63,227 nucleotides of DNA, filler included, from an uncultured Methanosarcinales archaeon (GCA_964472345.1; 14 parts of 14 records of this genome joined end to end with filler, not necessarily neighbours in it), one strand, 5' to 3'; counted from the whole stretch's first letter, positions 49,460-59,148 are shown. Notes: generated from the sequence alone by a model not told the origin. A program made the numbers and translations.

Positions 49460-49738
49460 CTATGCGGGCAATGGGACCGTTAGCGTGGAAGAGAATGACG
49501 GGGCGACGCGGCCACCTTTCACGGCTTCCTCCCTGCTCAGGCCTAACCGCTCAAGAACATCATCAAACATTCCTTCTTCCTTTGCGGTCTGCAGGTAGCC
49601 GGCAACTGCCTCTCGCAGGTTTTTTCCCGCCTCCTCGATGGTGTCGCCACGGCTCGCGACGTCAAGCTCAGGACAAAGGGCAGAGTAGCCTCCGTGCTTT
49701 TCCTTTTTGATGATGCAGGTGAGGATAACTTCATTCAT
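49460..49738 (-). CDS. hicB: Short HicB antitoxin
   Basis: GGYSALCPEL.VASRGDTIEEA..NLREA. Confidence 0.92.
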   Translation of the reverse strand: MNEVILTCIIKKEKHGGYSALCPELDVASRGDTIEEAGKNLREAVAGYLQTAKEEGMFDDVLERLGLSREEAVKGGRVAPSFSSTLTVPLPA

Positions 49739-49840
49739 GATTGAGGGGCTGGCGGATATCTTTATAAATATTGTTATTCACACGGGGCTGGTGCGGAACT
49801 ATTCTCACCTGGGTACTATGGGTGTCGTGCTGCTGTCGCT

Positions 49841-50497
49841 ATGATCAAGCTCATCTCCTTCGACCTTGACGGGACGCTGGTGGACAACGCAGGGCTGGAC
49901 ATCTTCTTCTGGTACGAGGAGGTGCCGCGGCTGTATGCGGAAAAGAACGGGCTGCCGCTGGCCGCCGCCAAGGAAAAGGTCCTTGCGGAGTACGATTCCG
50001 TCGGGCGGCATCACGTGGACTGGTACAAGCCGGCGTACTGGTTTGCGCGGTTCGGGCTGCGGGAGAGCCACGCGCGCATCATCCGGGATCTGCGGGCGAA
50101 CGTGCGGCTCTTCCCCGATGTCCTGCCGGCGCTGCGCGCGCTGCACCGGACGCACCGCCTTGCCGTGCTCACCAACTCCACGCATGACTTCGTCACCTTC
50201 AAGATTGAGGCGGAAGGGCTTCGGGAGCATTTCGACGGGGTGTTCTCCGCGGTCGACGATTTCGGGATGGTAAAGAAGGATGCGGACGCGTACCGGAAGC
50301 TCGCGGAGAAGTGCCGCGTCCATCCGTCGGAGGCCGTGCACATCGGTGATGACTGGGAGTTCGACTATCTCGCGCCGAAGCAGCTTGGCATGCATGCGTT
50401 CTATCTTGACCGGAAGAAGGAGAAGAAGAAGACGGAAGGGATTGTGTGGGATCTGGGGGAGTTTGCGAAAAAAGTACGAGGCTTGTATCACCCATGA
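49841..50497 (+). CDS. HAD-family hydrolase
   Basis: SFDLDGTL, LTNS, HIGDDWEFD. Confidence 0.9.
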   Translation: MIKLISFDLDGTLVDNAGLDIFFWYEEVPRLYAEKNGLPLAAAKEKVLAEYDSVGRHHVDWYKPAYWFARFGLRESHARIIRDLRANVRLFPDVLPALRALHRTHRLAVLTNSTHDFVTFKIEAEGLREHFDGVFSAVDDFGMVKKDADAYRKLAEKCRVHPSEAVHIGDDWEFDYLAPKQLGMHAFYLDRKKEKKKTEGIVWDLGEFAKKVRGLYHP

Positions 50498-50781
50498 CGC
50501 ATGTGTTTGAAATCGTCGATAGGTCGGGAAGAAAAATCCGCCTCACCAGCGAGCGCTGGAAACACATCGTCCAGGAGCACCCCGGCATCACCGACCCCGA
50601 GGAGATCAGAGCTGCGCTTGTCCAACCGCTCGTCATTCGGCCAAGCATCTATGATCCCCAGCATGTCAGGTGGTACTATCGCTTTCATAAGGAGATGAGG
50701 TCTTACCTGATGGTCGCCGTTAAGTATTTAAACGGGGATGGCTTCGTTGTCACTGCTTACTATATGAAGAATCTCAAATGA
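50494..50781 (+). CDS. Putative RelE/barnase-like toxin
   Basis: IRLTSERWKHI..HP, VAVKYLNGDGFVVTAY; coupled to a DUF2283 gene. Confidence 0.7.
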   Translation: MTHVFEIVDRSGRKIRLTSERWKHIVQEHPGITDPEEIRAALVQPLVIRPSIYDPQHVRWYYRFHKEMRSYLMVAVKYLNGDGFVVTAYYMKNLK

Positions 50782-50999
50782 ACCCGAAGATGAACATCCA
50801 TTACGACCCTGAAGGGGATTTCCTTGAAGTGCGGTTCGGGGAGCCAACACCCTCCCATTATGAGGGCATCGGTGATGACATCTTCGAACGAAGAGACGAG
50901 AAAACAGGGAAAGTGACCGGCTACGCCTTCTTCAACGTCCAGAAGCGCAAAGAAAAGCAATTCAACGATATTGAAGTGGAGCTGCCGGCAAACGCCTGA
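50778..50999 (+). CDS. DUF2283-like putative antitoxin
   Basis: IHYDPEGDFLEV..RDEKTGKVTG. Confidence 0.8.
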   Translation: MNPKMNIHYDPEGDFLEVRFGEPTPSHYEGIGDDIFERRDEKTGKVTGYAFFNVQKRKEKQFNDIEVELPANA

Positions 51000-51182
51000 C
51001 CATCAGAGGGGCTTTCACCGCGCGCCGTGCCGCCGTTTTATCCTACCTCCATTATTTTCCGCTCTTGCTGATGCGTGCATACNNNNNNNNNNNNNNNNNN
51101 NNNNNNNNNNNNNNNNNNNNNNNNNNTTAATTAATTAANNNNNNNNNNNNNNNNNNNNNNNNNNNNNNNNNNNNNNNNNNNN

Positions 51183-51270
51183 TAAGAAACGCAAGTTTCT
51201 GTGTCTCCAAGGGCTTGAGCGAAGCGAAAGCGCTTGGGAGCAGCAGACCAAAAGCCTGCGCTCCTTCTTA
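51183..51270. repeat. REP/MITE-like hairpin sharing its apical motif with the IS200/IS605 right end
   Basis: TAAGAA..TTCTTA closing stem, CTCCAAG..CTTGGGAG inner stem, GAGCGAAGCGAA (51217-51228) equals the reverse complement of 815-826. Confidence 0.45.
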
Positions 51271-51351
51271 TGGTTGTTCCCATGGTTCAAGAAGCTAAAA
51301 AAACACCAAAAAGTTTATAAATATATAACCATTAGATACATAATGATAACA

Positions 51352-51627
51352 ATGGCCCAGCTCGTAGCACCAGAAGCGGAGCACAGTCCAACACTGGCAA
51401 CGGTCCAGATGGTAGAGGACACCGTCAGAAAGGCAAAAGAAGTGGTGACCATCGCCGAGCTGAAGCGCAGGCTTCCGCGGCAGGTCAATCACAACACACT
51501 CAAGGTAATATTGTTTTATCTCCAGCAAAGCGGCAAAATCGAGTTCACGCCGTATGGTGTCGTTTGGGTTTTTGCTCCGAAAGAGGATATCGCAGCGATT
51601 CTGAGTAAAGGAAGAAAATGGTCTTAG
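51352..51627 (+). CDS. Winged-helix putative antitoxin/regulator
   Basis: SPTLATVQMVE..ELKRRLP..LKVILFYL..GKI; overlaps the downstream toxin gene. Confidence 0.75.
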   Translation: MAQLVAPEAEHSPTLATVQMVEDTVRKAKEVVTIAELKRRLPRQVNHNTLKVILFYLQQSGKIEFTPYGVVWVFAPKEDIAAILSKGRKWS

Positions 51628-51992
51628 CAGAAAAACAAAAGCTTGTGCAAGTTATCGGTGCCGCTGAAAGCGCTCTCGCAAGGCTTGAAGAGGGCATTCA
51701 CGCACTGGAAGCCCAAGGCAAGACACCGCCAAAAGCTGACACCCAGCTGTTGAGGAGCATTGAGCGTGCGCTGAATATGCTCAGGGCAAATCCCTTTGCA
51801 GGGGACAATATCCCACACCGCCTTTGGCCAGGTGCATTTGAAAATCTCCCAAATCTTTTCCGCATGGAACTTTCTCAATTCTGGCGGCTTCTTTATTACG
51901 TAGTGGGGGATGAAGTCAGGGTCGTAAGTGTGGTTTTTGAAATTTGTGACCACCGCCATTACGATAAACTATTTGGTTATAGGAAGAAATAG
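51618..51992 (+). CDS. RelE-like toxin with an N-terminal helical extension
   Basis: LRANPFAGD.I, NLFRMEL..FWRLLY, DHRHYDKLFGY. Confidence 0.7.
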   Translation: MVLAEKQKLVQVIGAAESALARLEEGIHALEAQGKTPPKADTQLLRSIERALNMLRANPFAGDNIPHRLWPGAFENLPNLFRMELSQFWRLLYYVVGDEVRVVSVVFEICDHRHYDKLFGYRKK

Positions 51993-52230
51993 ATTCTCAA
52001 ACCCGAACTTACTCATCAGCTCTATCGTTGCTTTCTCACAGAAATCCTCGACCTCAGCCCCCAGCCGCCTTTGCACGGCTTGCCACATACTCAATCTTCA
52101 CGGAGTAATAGTCGCATATTTCGAAATAGTTGCAAGTGCCCTCGCGAGTAGCATTGTGCAGCATCACTGCGGACATCGCATTTTATATACCGACCATCCT
52201 CGCGCACGGGCTGAGGAAGAGATAGCTCAC

Positions 52231-53259
52231 ATGGCCTCAGACTTCACCGCGCTCATCGAACAGGCAGGTTCCATATACAAAAAAAACTTCCCCGCCACCA
52301 CCACATTCGAGCGCGCCGTCTTCTTCAGCTGGTACTGCTCCATCCGCGACTGCGCGTTCTGCTTCATGTCGGTAAACCCCGGCCGCTACGCAAGGCAGGC
52401 CGTCCGCCATCCGGCAAGCATCCTCGCAGAAGTGCTGCTCACCAGGGCACTGGGCTGGGAGCTCGGCTTCTTCTCAGGCGGCATCGGAGCCTACGCATCC
52501 AGGGACTTCCTGCCGCTGTTGAGAGAGATCACTGCGGTCTATGGCCAGCCCGTCTGGCTCAACGCAGGTCCCATCGCCAGGCCGCTGCTCGACCAGTACG
52601 CACCCTACCTGAAAGGCGTCGTCGGCTCGATCGAGACCATCAACCCTGAGGTGCACAGGAAGATCTGCCCCTCCAAGCCGGTTGAGCCGTACGAGCAGAT
52701 GTTCCGCTCCGCGACGGAAATGGGGCTCAAAAAAGCGATAACGATCATCATAGGTGTTGGCGAAACCGGAAGTGACCTCCCCGCGCTCATCAGATTCATC
52801 GAAAATCACCAGATTGGCAAGATCCACCTCTACAGCCTTGTTCCGCAGCGTGGAACGATCTTCCAGGAAACCAGGCCGCCGCCGGCAGAAGAGCAGGCAT
52901 GGTGGATTGCGCAGCTCCGCATCCGCTTCCCCAGGCTCGATATCCAGGCAGGCATCTGGAAAGACCGCATGGACCGCATTTCGCTGCTCCTCAGGGCGGG
53001 CGCGAACTCCATCTCAAAGTTTCCTGCGCTCCGCCTGTTCGGCACCCGGACAGCACAGCAGCTGAAAGCGCAGGCAGCGCTGGCAGGCAGGGAGCTCCGG
53101 GGGACGCTCACCGAGCTGCCGGAGATTGATTGGGCAGCAGAGATTCGCGCACTGGACCTCAGCGGCCGCAGGAAGCAGCAGCTGGAGCTCAGGCTCCGGC
53201 ACTACCTCGCAAAAATGGAAAAGAATTTAAAAGCGGCGCCTGCCCTGCAAAGCCCATGA
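52231..53259 (+). CDS. Radical SAM protein, BioB/HydE-like, with CX4CX2C motif
   Basis: WYCSIRDCAFC, FFSGG, SIET, IIIGVGET, AGANSI. Confidence 0.88.
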   Translation: MASDFTALIEQAGSIYKKNFPATTTFERAVFFSWYCSIRDCAFCFMSVNPGRYARQAVRHPASILAEVLLTRALGWELGFFSGGIGAYASRDFLPLLREITAVYGQPVWLNAGPIARPLLDQYAPYLKGVVGSIETINPEVHRKICPSKPVEPYEQMFRSATEMGLKKAITIIIGVGETGSDLPALIRFIENHQIGKIHLYSLVPQRGTIFQETRPPPAEEQAWWIAQLRIRFPRLDIQAGIWKDRMDRISLLLRAGANSISKFPALRLFGTRTAQQLKAQAALAGRELRGTLTELPEIDWAAEIRALDLSGRRKQQLELRLRHYLAKMEKNLKAAPALQSP

Positions 53260-53840
53260 AACGGGAAAACAGGAAGAAGGCCTACATCGCACTGTTCCTT
53301 GCAGCGATTATGATCCTCAGCGTCTTCGGCATTGTCCTGAGCAACCAGTCCACGCTTAACGACGCCGGCGAGCTCGAGTACAATGGCATCACCTTCCGGC
53401 TCATCAACAACCAGTGGGCCGCAGAGATCAAGGGGAAAGAGCGCAGCTTCTTTTTCAGCCCTGTCGACCTCTCAGGAAAAACGCTTCCACCAGAACTCAG
53501 GCAGGCGATCCTGCAGACACCAACGATTACCATCGCATTTGACCCGAACATCAGCCAGCTGCACTACCTTGACGCGGCGCGCTTCGAGCTCAGCGAGGTG
53601 CTGCTGCTTGATTTGGGCAAGAACATCAGGCATGGGGTGACCAATGCGACCGGCGCGTACGAGTTCCCTGTGGTGAGCTGCCAGCCTTCCTCGGATGAGC
53701 TCTTCATCACATTCATCGAAGCGAACGTGAGCAGCGTGCGGATGGACGGCAACTGTGTGGCCATCGCTGCGGTCACGCCGGTGGAGTACATCCAGTACAG
53801 CGAGAAGCTCATCTACCTGCTCCTTGAGGTAATCCCATGA
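53256..53840 (+). CDS. Membrane-anchored hypothetical protein
   Basis: N-terminal TM; YNGITF, IAFDP; ATGA-coupled to neighbours. Confidence 0.8.
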   Translation: MKRENRKKAYIALFLAAIMILSVFGIVLSNQSTLNDAGELEYNGITFRLINNQWAAEIKGKERSFFFSPVDLSGKTLPPELRQAILQTPTITIAFDPNISQLHYLDAARFELSEVLLLDLGKNIRHGVTNATGAYEFPVVSCQPSSDELFITFIEANVSSVRMDGNCVAIAAVTPVEYIQYSEKLIYLLLEVIP

Positions 53841-54514
53841 CAGAGATCGAGCAGGCAGTCGAGGAAACGGCCGGACAGGGGACCGACAGGTACTTCTATA
53901 TCATTCTCGCGGTGATCGTAATCATTTTTGCGGGATTCTTCCTCCTCCAGCGGCTCGAGCCGCCAGTGGGCAGCGTCGTCACGGTCAGCGAACGGCACGG
54001 GGAGAACCTCGATGGCTCGCTCGGCGAAGAGGAAGGCTACCTCTACAACGGCTTCTCCTTCGTCCTCTTCGACGGCTTGTGGTACACCACCATCTCGCGC
54101 GGCAACGCCGACTACCAGATTCCCCTGCACTTTGGCCCCCGCGAGCTTCAGAATGCCACCATGAACGGCTCGCTCAGCGACGCATTCAATGAAGGCACGG
54201 ATATCTACATTGCCGTCGACCCGCTTGATCCTGGGCAGGACTTCATTGCGCTCGCCGCATCGGAGCTCGCGCAGAATATGGCGACTGCGATTAAGCGCCG
54301 CCCCGTTGGCGCATGCCTCCGGAATGAGACGGGCATGTGCGCCTCCCGGCCCATCAGGACGTGCAACAGCACGGAGCACGCGCTCATCGAGCTGCGCCAG
54401 GAAGCCGGCCCATCGGTCGAATTTCGCGGCATCTGCATGATTCTCCGCGGCGAGCGGTACGACCTGGTGAAGGCGGTCGATCGGCTGCTGCTCGCCTGGT
54501 ACGGCGTCCAATGA
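53837..54514 (+). CDS. Membrane-anchored hypothetical protein, likely paralog of the upstream gene
   Basis: N-terminal TM; YNGFSF, IAVDP, LAASEL, similar Cys placement. Confidence 0.8.
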   Translation: MTEIEQAVEETAGQGTDRYFYIILAVIVIIFAGFFLLQRLEPPVGSVVTVSERHGENLDGSLGEEEGYLYNGFSFVLFDGLWYTTISRGNADYQIPLHFGPRELQNATMNGSLSDAFNEGTDIYIAVDPLDPGQDFIALAASELAQNMATAIKRRPVGACLRNETGMCASRPIRTCNSTEHALIELRQEAGPSVEFRGICMILRGERYDLVKAVDRLLLAWYGVQ

Positions 54515-55110
54515 GCGAGCATTACTTCACCGAAAGGCCGAGCTCGGAGCTTGTCGTCAAAGAGGTGCGCATGCTCGCACGCGGCCATGCATTCGCGTTC
54601 CGGACGGCTTCCGGAGTCTTTTCCTTCGGGCGCGTTGATGCCGGCTCGCTGCTGCTCGCGGAGTCTGCAGCGGTCAAGCCGCATGATGCCGTGCTGGACC
54701 TCGGGTGCGGATGGGGGCTTGTCGGGATTGTGATCAGGAGAGCATTCCCTTCCGCTGCTGTCACCCTGACGGATGTCAACGAGCGCGCGCTGAAGCTCGC
54801 AGCGCAGAACGCGAAGCGGAACAAGGCAGCGGTGGCAATCCTGCAGGGCAGCCTGTACGAGCCCGTCAAAGGCACGCAGTTCGATGCGATTCTCATCAAT
54901 CCGCCGATGAAGGCCGGAAGAGAGCTATGCTACCAGATGATTGAGGAGGCGAAGGCGCACCTCACACCGGGCGGAACACTGCAGCTCGTCGCCATGCACA
55001 ACCGCGGCGGAAGGATGCTCGAGAAGAAGATGAAAGAGGTTTTCGGAAACGTCGGGACGGTCGCGAAGAAAGGCGGGTTTCGGGTGTATGTGAGTGGGAA
55101 TATGAGTTAA
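54511..55110 (+). CDS. RsmC/MTS-family methyltransferase
   Basis: MSEHYF, SGVFS..VDAGS.LL, VLDLGCGWG, DVNERA, INPP. Confidence 0.92.
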   Translation: MSEHYFTERPSSELVVKEVRMLARGHAFAFRTASGVFSFGRVDAGSLLLAESAAVKPHDAVLDLGCGWGLVGIVIRRAFPSAAVTLTDVNERALKLAAQNAKRNKAAVAILQGSLYEPVKGTQFDAILINPPMKAGRELCYQMIEEAKAHLTPGGTLQLVAMHNRGGRMLEKKMKEVFGNVGTVAKKGGFRVYVSGNMS

Positions 55111-55396
55111 TCGTTTCTCGCTTTCATTTTATGCCTTTTTGCCATCTTCAGCAGCACCCTCATCAGCGGCGTCCTCCAGTCGTGTCCGAGTTGCGTCTTG
55201 ATCAGNNNNNNNNNNNNNNNNNNNNNNNNNNNNNNNNNNNNNNNNNNNNTTAATTAATTAANNNNNNNNNNNNNNNNNNNNNNNNNNNNNNNNNNNNNNN
55301 NNNNNGGGCTGAACAGGAAGCGCTGCCACGGCAGTCTGGGCGGGCCCATGTTTTTCCAAGCATACCTTTAAAAAACCCGAAAACATCCAAGGCAGG

Positions 55397-56446
55397 ATGG
55401 TGACCGGTTACGGCAAGTACGTTGTCCCCATTTTATTCGCAGCGCTCCTGCTCCTCTCCGTGATGATCGTCAGGCCGTTCATCGTGCCGCTGCTGGTCAG
55501 CGCCGTCATCACCTACATCTTCTTCCCCGTGGTGCGCTGGGTGCAGAAGCTCGTCAGGAACCGCACGCTCGCATCGGTCATCGTCGCGCTCATCATCCTC
55601 CTGCTCATCACCATCCCCATCGTGATGATAGTGAACACGGTGTCGCGGGAAGCCTATGGCATCTACCTCAACAGCCGCACATTCATCGCGCAAGGCGACG
55701 TGCTCGGCTCCTGCGATCTTGCGCTCTGCACGACGCTCAAGGACTGGCTGGGCGACAGCAACGTCCGGCTGTATCTCGAGCGCGGCACGCAGGCCGCAAT
55801 CACCTACCTGCTGGAAAACGCCTCAGAGTTCATCAAGAGCATCCCGCGCCGCGTGGTGGAAGTGTTCATCACATTCTTCGCAGTCTTCTACCTGCTGCGC
55901 GACGGGGACCGGATTGCGGCAGCGATGCAGCAGCTGATCGTCACGACCTACGGCAAGAAGCAGCACATCATCACGCGGTTCAACGAGGTGATGTACGCGG
56001 TTGTCTACGGTGCTCTTCTGATCGCGTTCATCCAGGGCTTCCTCGGGGCAGTCGGCTTCGCGATCTTCGGCATCTCCTCGCCCATCACCTGGGGCATTGC
56101 CATGTTCTTCCTTGCGCTCATTCCCTATGTCGGAACCGGCATCATCTGGGTCCCCGCCGCGCTCATCCTGGTCATCAGCGGCGTCACGGGCGGGCAGCCT
56201 GCACTGGCCTGGAAAGGCGTCGGCCTGCTGCTCTACGGCTTCCTGCTGATCGGCTCGATTGACAACATCCTCAAGCCGAGGATCATCGGCGGGCGCGCCC
56301 GCGTCCATCCTGTGCTGGTGCTCGTCGGCACGCTCGGCGGGCTGGCGTTCATGGGCATCGCGGGCATCGTGGTCGGGCCGGTCATTCTGGCGATGATGGT
56401 GACATTTATTGAATTGTATGTGGGGCCGAAGACTACTCAAAAATAG
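55397..56446 (+). CDS. AI-2E family transporter
   Basis: FYLLRDG, LIPYVGT, IDNILKPRIIG, GIVVGPVILA. Confidence 0.93.
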   Translation: MVTGYGKYVVPILFAALLLLSVMIVRPFIVPLLVSAVITYIFFPVVRWVQKLVRNRTLASVIVALIILLLITIPIVMIVNTVSREAYGIYLNSRTFIAQGDVLGSCDLALCTTLKDWLGDSNVRLYLERGTQAAITYLLENASEFIKSIPRRVVEVFITFFAVFYLLRDGDRIAAAMQQLIVTTYGKKQHIITRFNEVMYAVVYGALLIAFIQGFLGAVGFAIFGISSPITWGIAMFFLALIPYVGTGIIWVPAALILVISGVTGGQPALAWKGVGLLLYGFLLIGSIDNILKPRIIGGRARVHPVLVLVGTLGGLAFMGIAGIVVGPVILAMMVTFIELYVGPKTTQK

Positions 56447-56481
56447 TTAAACTTTTATAGTGGTTGTGTTTTGCGCATATC

Positions 56482-57957
56482 ATGGCAGTCCGAACGCGTT
56501 CGAACTATCTTGCTGCTGAACTCGCAAAAAGAGCGCTTGCCATCAGAGCGATTAAGTTAAGCCCAAGCGATCCGTTTCTTTGGGCAAGCGGCTATCGAAT
56601 GCCGATCTACAACGACAACCGTATGCTTCTCGGTGACGCCAAAACAAGGGCATTAGTAGCAAGGGGCCTTTGCGACCTCATAATCAAAAATAACATTCTT
56701 TATGATGTGATTGCTGGCACGTCAACTGCTGGCATCTCACCAGGAACAACGCTCGCAGATATGCTCAAAGTGCCGTTCATCTATATCCGCGAAAAACCGA
56801 AGGACCACGGCTTACGAACCCAAATCGAGGGCATCGGCGCGGATGCGACGCTTGAAGGCAAAGTCATAGTCATCATCGAGGACCTTATCTCAACGGGAGG
56901 CAGCTCGCTCAAAGCGGTGCAGGCAGCGAGGAACGCGCGTGGCACTGTCAATCACCTGCTCTCCATCTTCAATTATGGGCTTGAGGAAGCTGCCCATCTG
57001 TTTGCAGACGCTGATGTTGTTGTCCATTCCCTCCTCACGTACGACGTTCTCCTCGAAGCAGCAAAGGCGCAAAGGTACATCAACGCAGAGCAGCAGGGGA
57101 TGCTCGGAGAATGGCGCGCCGATCCCTTTGGGTGGGGAGAAAAACACGGCTTCCCCAAAGATGAGCGAATCGGCTTTGCACAAAAGTGGAGAACGGCAGT
57201 CGATCGCAAGAATTCAATCCTGTGCGTTGGCCTGGATCCTGCCGAGTATGGGCAACGGGGAGGGAACACCTTGCCTGTGGGCAGCGACAAGCTGAAGTGG
57301 TGCCTTGGTTTTGTTGAGCAGGTTGCCCCATTTGCAGCCGCGATAAAACCGAACAGGAATTACATCAAAGATTTCTCCCGGGGGCAAACAGCGGCGCTTG
57401 TGGGAAAAATCCACAGCTTGGGAATGCTCGCCATCGATGACAGCAAGCTAGTGGACATTGGCGAAACGAATGAGAGCGGATTCTATCACGCGCAAGTCGA
57501 GGGCTTTGATGCGGTGACGTACGCGCCGTTTGCCGGAAATACCCGGGAGGCGGCAGAGCAAGCCCATGCGAAGGGCCTCGGACTGATTGCGCTTGTCCTG
57601 ATGTCAAATCCCGAGTTCGAAACGATGAAAACCGCAAAAATCCGTGGGATGCCTGGCTATGAGTACTTTGCCTTGCAGGCTGCGGAGTATAGGGTTGACG
57701 CCATGGTGATCGGAGCGCCGAGCCCGGACAATCATATCAAAGACGGAGAGGTGCGCCGCGTCCGCGAGATTGCCGGGGAGCGTCTGGTGCTGATGCCTGG
57801 CGTCGGCGCGCAAGGCGGCGACGCAAAACACATCATCGGCGTTTTCGGCGATAATGTCATCGCCAATGTAGGAAGGGCCATTATGTATGCGCACGATCCG
57901 GCGAGAGAAGCGAAAAATTATCGTGACATGCTCAACGGGATTCGAGCAGCTGCGTGA
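56482..57957 (+). CDS. pyrE-pyrF: Fused orotate phosphoribosyltransferase / OMP decarboxylase
   Basis: N-half WASG..PIYNDNR, IEDLISTGGS; C-half LCVGLDP, DSKLVDIGET, MSNP, LMPGVGAQGG, NVGRAI; one uninterrupted ORF. Confidence 0.92.
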   Translation: MAVRTRSNYLAAELAKRALAIRAIKLSPSDPFLWASGYRMPIYNDNRMLLGDAKTRALVARGLCDLIIKNNILYDVIAGTSTAGISPGTTLADMLKVPFIYIREKPKDHGLRTQIEGIGADATLEGKVIVIIEDLISTGGSSLKAVQAARNARGTVNHLLSIFNYGLEEAAHLFADADVVVHSLLTYDVLLEAAKAQRYINAEQQGMLGEWRADPFGWGEKHGFPKDERIGFAQKWRTAVDRKNSILCVGLDPAEYGQRGGNTLPVGSDKLKWCLGFVEQVAPFAAAIKPNRNYIKDFSRGQTAALVGKIHSLGMLAIDDSKLVDIGETNESGFYHAQVEGFDAVTYAPFAGNTREAAEQAHAKGLGLIALVLMSNPEFETMKTAKIRGMPGYEYFALQAAEYRVDAMVIGAPSPDNHIKDGEVRRVREIAGERLVLMPGVGAQGGDAKHIIGVFGDNVIANVGRAIMYAHDPAREAKNYRDMLNGIRAAA

Positions 57958-58002
57958 AGGAGATTACACTACGCAGCGCAGAATGGAATGAGGTGGTGAA
58001 CC

Positions 58003-59148
58003 ATGGACATCGTGCAATGGATCGAGCGGGCAGCGTTTAAGCGAGGGCTCACAAGGCCAGCGTTTTTCAGAAATGTTGTCCGCCGGGCAGCGTATGCGAT
58101 GGCGGGCGGCGACCCTGAGCGGGTCCATGAATTGGCGCTCGAAGCGCTCACTGCTTATGAAGATGCTATTAGAGAGGTCGCGAATCAGTTCCATGACCTT
58201 TCATTGCAGGTCATATTAAACGGCCGCAATGTGATGCCGTTTGGCACCGCTGCTGGCCTGGACAAAAACGCTGACGCGATACATCCTCTTTCTTATTTGT
58301 TTGGCTTTGAGGAGGTTGGGACCGTCATCGTCAATCCACGCGAAGGAAACCAAAGGCCGCGCGTTGCAGTCGACGAGCAGCACGACGAGCTCTATAACGC
58401 ACAGGGCTTTCCGTCAAAAGGGCTCGACCATGTGCTGGCGAATGTACAGAAACACCACGCTGCAGCAGACAAAGGACCGGCGCTGATGTACTTCAGTGTT
58501 TGTGGAATTCCTCCTGACGAGCATGGCCTTGATGTTGCCTATCAGGAACTGGAACTGCTTGTTGATCAGCTTGGTCCGTACGCTGACGGCTTTGTCTGGA
58601 ACCCATTCTCGCCGAACACCGCAGCCCTCAAGGCGTTGAGAAATCCTGAGGCATTCAAAAGAAGCGCAGAACTCATCGCCCGGAGAGCAGGTCCTAAGCT
58701 CAAGCTGGTCAAGATGGGCCCGTATGAAGATAATGAAGAACAAAGACAGGGATGGCTTGAGTTGGCAGCTGCTTGGCTCGGGGGCGGCGGCGACGGCCTC
58801 GTTGCAGTAAATACCCTTATGGTAAAAAAGGAAGACGTGCCATCAAATGAGTGGGGCTATCCTTCTGCAGGAAGAAGCGGTACATTTCTCCAGCCCTACC
58901 GCGATCGTGCGATCAGCGATGCGCGCACCGCCTTTCCCGGTGCAGTCATTATTGGGACCGGCGGAATCAACTCAGCGGAGCAAGCGTGGTCAGCACTGAA
59001 CGCGGGAGCAGACGCGCTGGAAGGCTACACGCCGTACACGTTCAGTGGCTTCGGGCTGCTGCTTGATATGGCAGCTGGTATCAAAACAAGGCTCAAAGAA
59101 GCAGGTTACGACACACTTGCGGCGTTCCAGAAAAGCCTCCGCCAGTGA
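58003..59148 (+). CDS. pyrD: Dihydroorotate dehydrogenase, class 2-like
   Basis: DPERVH, GTAAGLDKNA, EVGTV..PREGN.RPR, SPNT, LVKMGP, IIGTGGI; GAGGTGG RBS. Confidence 0.9.
   Translation: MDIVQWIERAAFKRGLTRPAFFRNVVRRAAYAMAGGDPERVHELALEALTAYEDAIREVANQFHDLSLQVILNGRNVMPFGTAAGLDKNADAIHPLSYLFGFEEVGTVIVNPREGNQRPRVAVDEQHDELYNAQGFPSKGLDHVLANVQKHHAAADKGPALMYFSVCGIPPDEHGLDVAYQELELLVDQLGPYADGFVWNPFSPNTAALKALRNPEAFKRSAELIARRAGPKLKLVKMGPYEDNEEQRQGWLELAAAWLGGGGDGLVAVNTLMVKKEDVPSNEWGYPSAGRSGTFLQPYRDRAISDARTAFPGAVIIGTGGINSAEQAWSALNAGADALEGYTPYTFSGFGLLLDMAAGIKTRLKEAGYDTLAAFQKSLRQ

Noticed and set aside
51928..52230. N-terminal extensions in the ORF track (radical SAM from 51928; likewise 35823, 43790, 53130, 54337, 60017)
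   Set aside because: Upstream alternative starts overlap neighbouring genes or promoters; RBS position and ATGA coupling support the shorter starts used.
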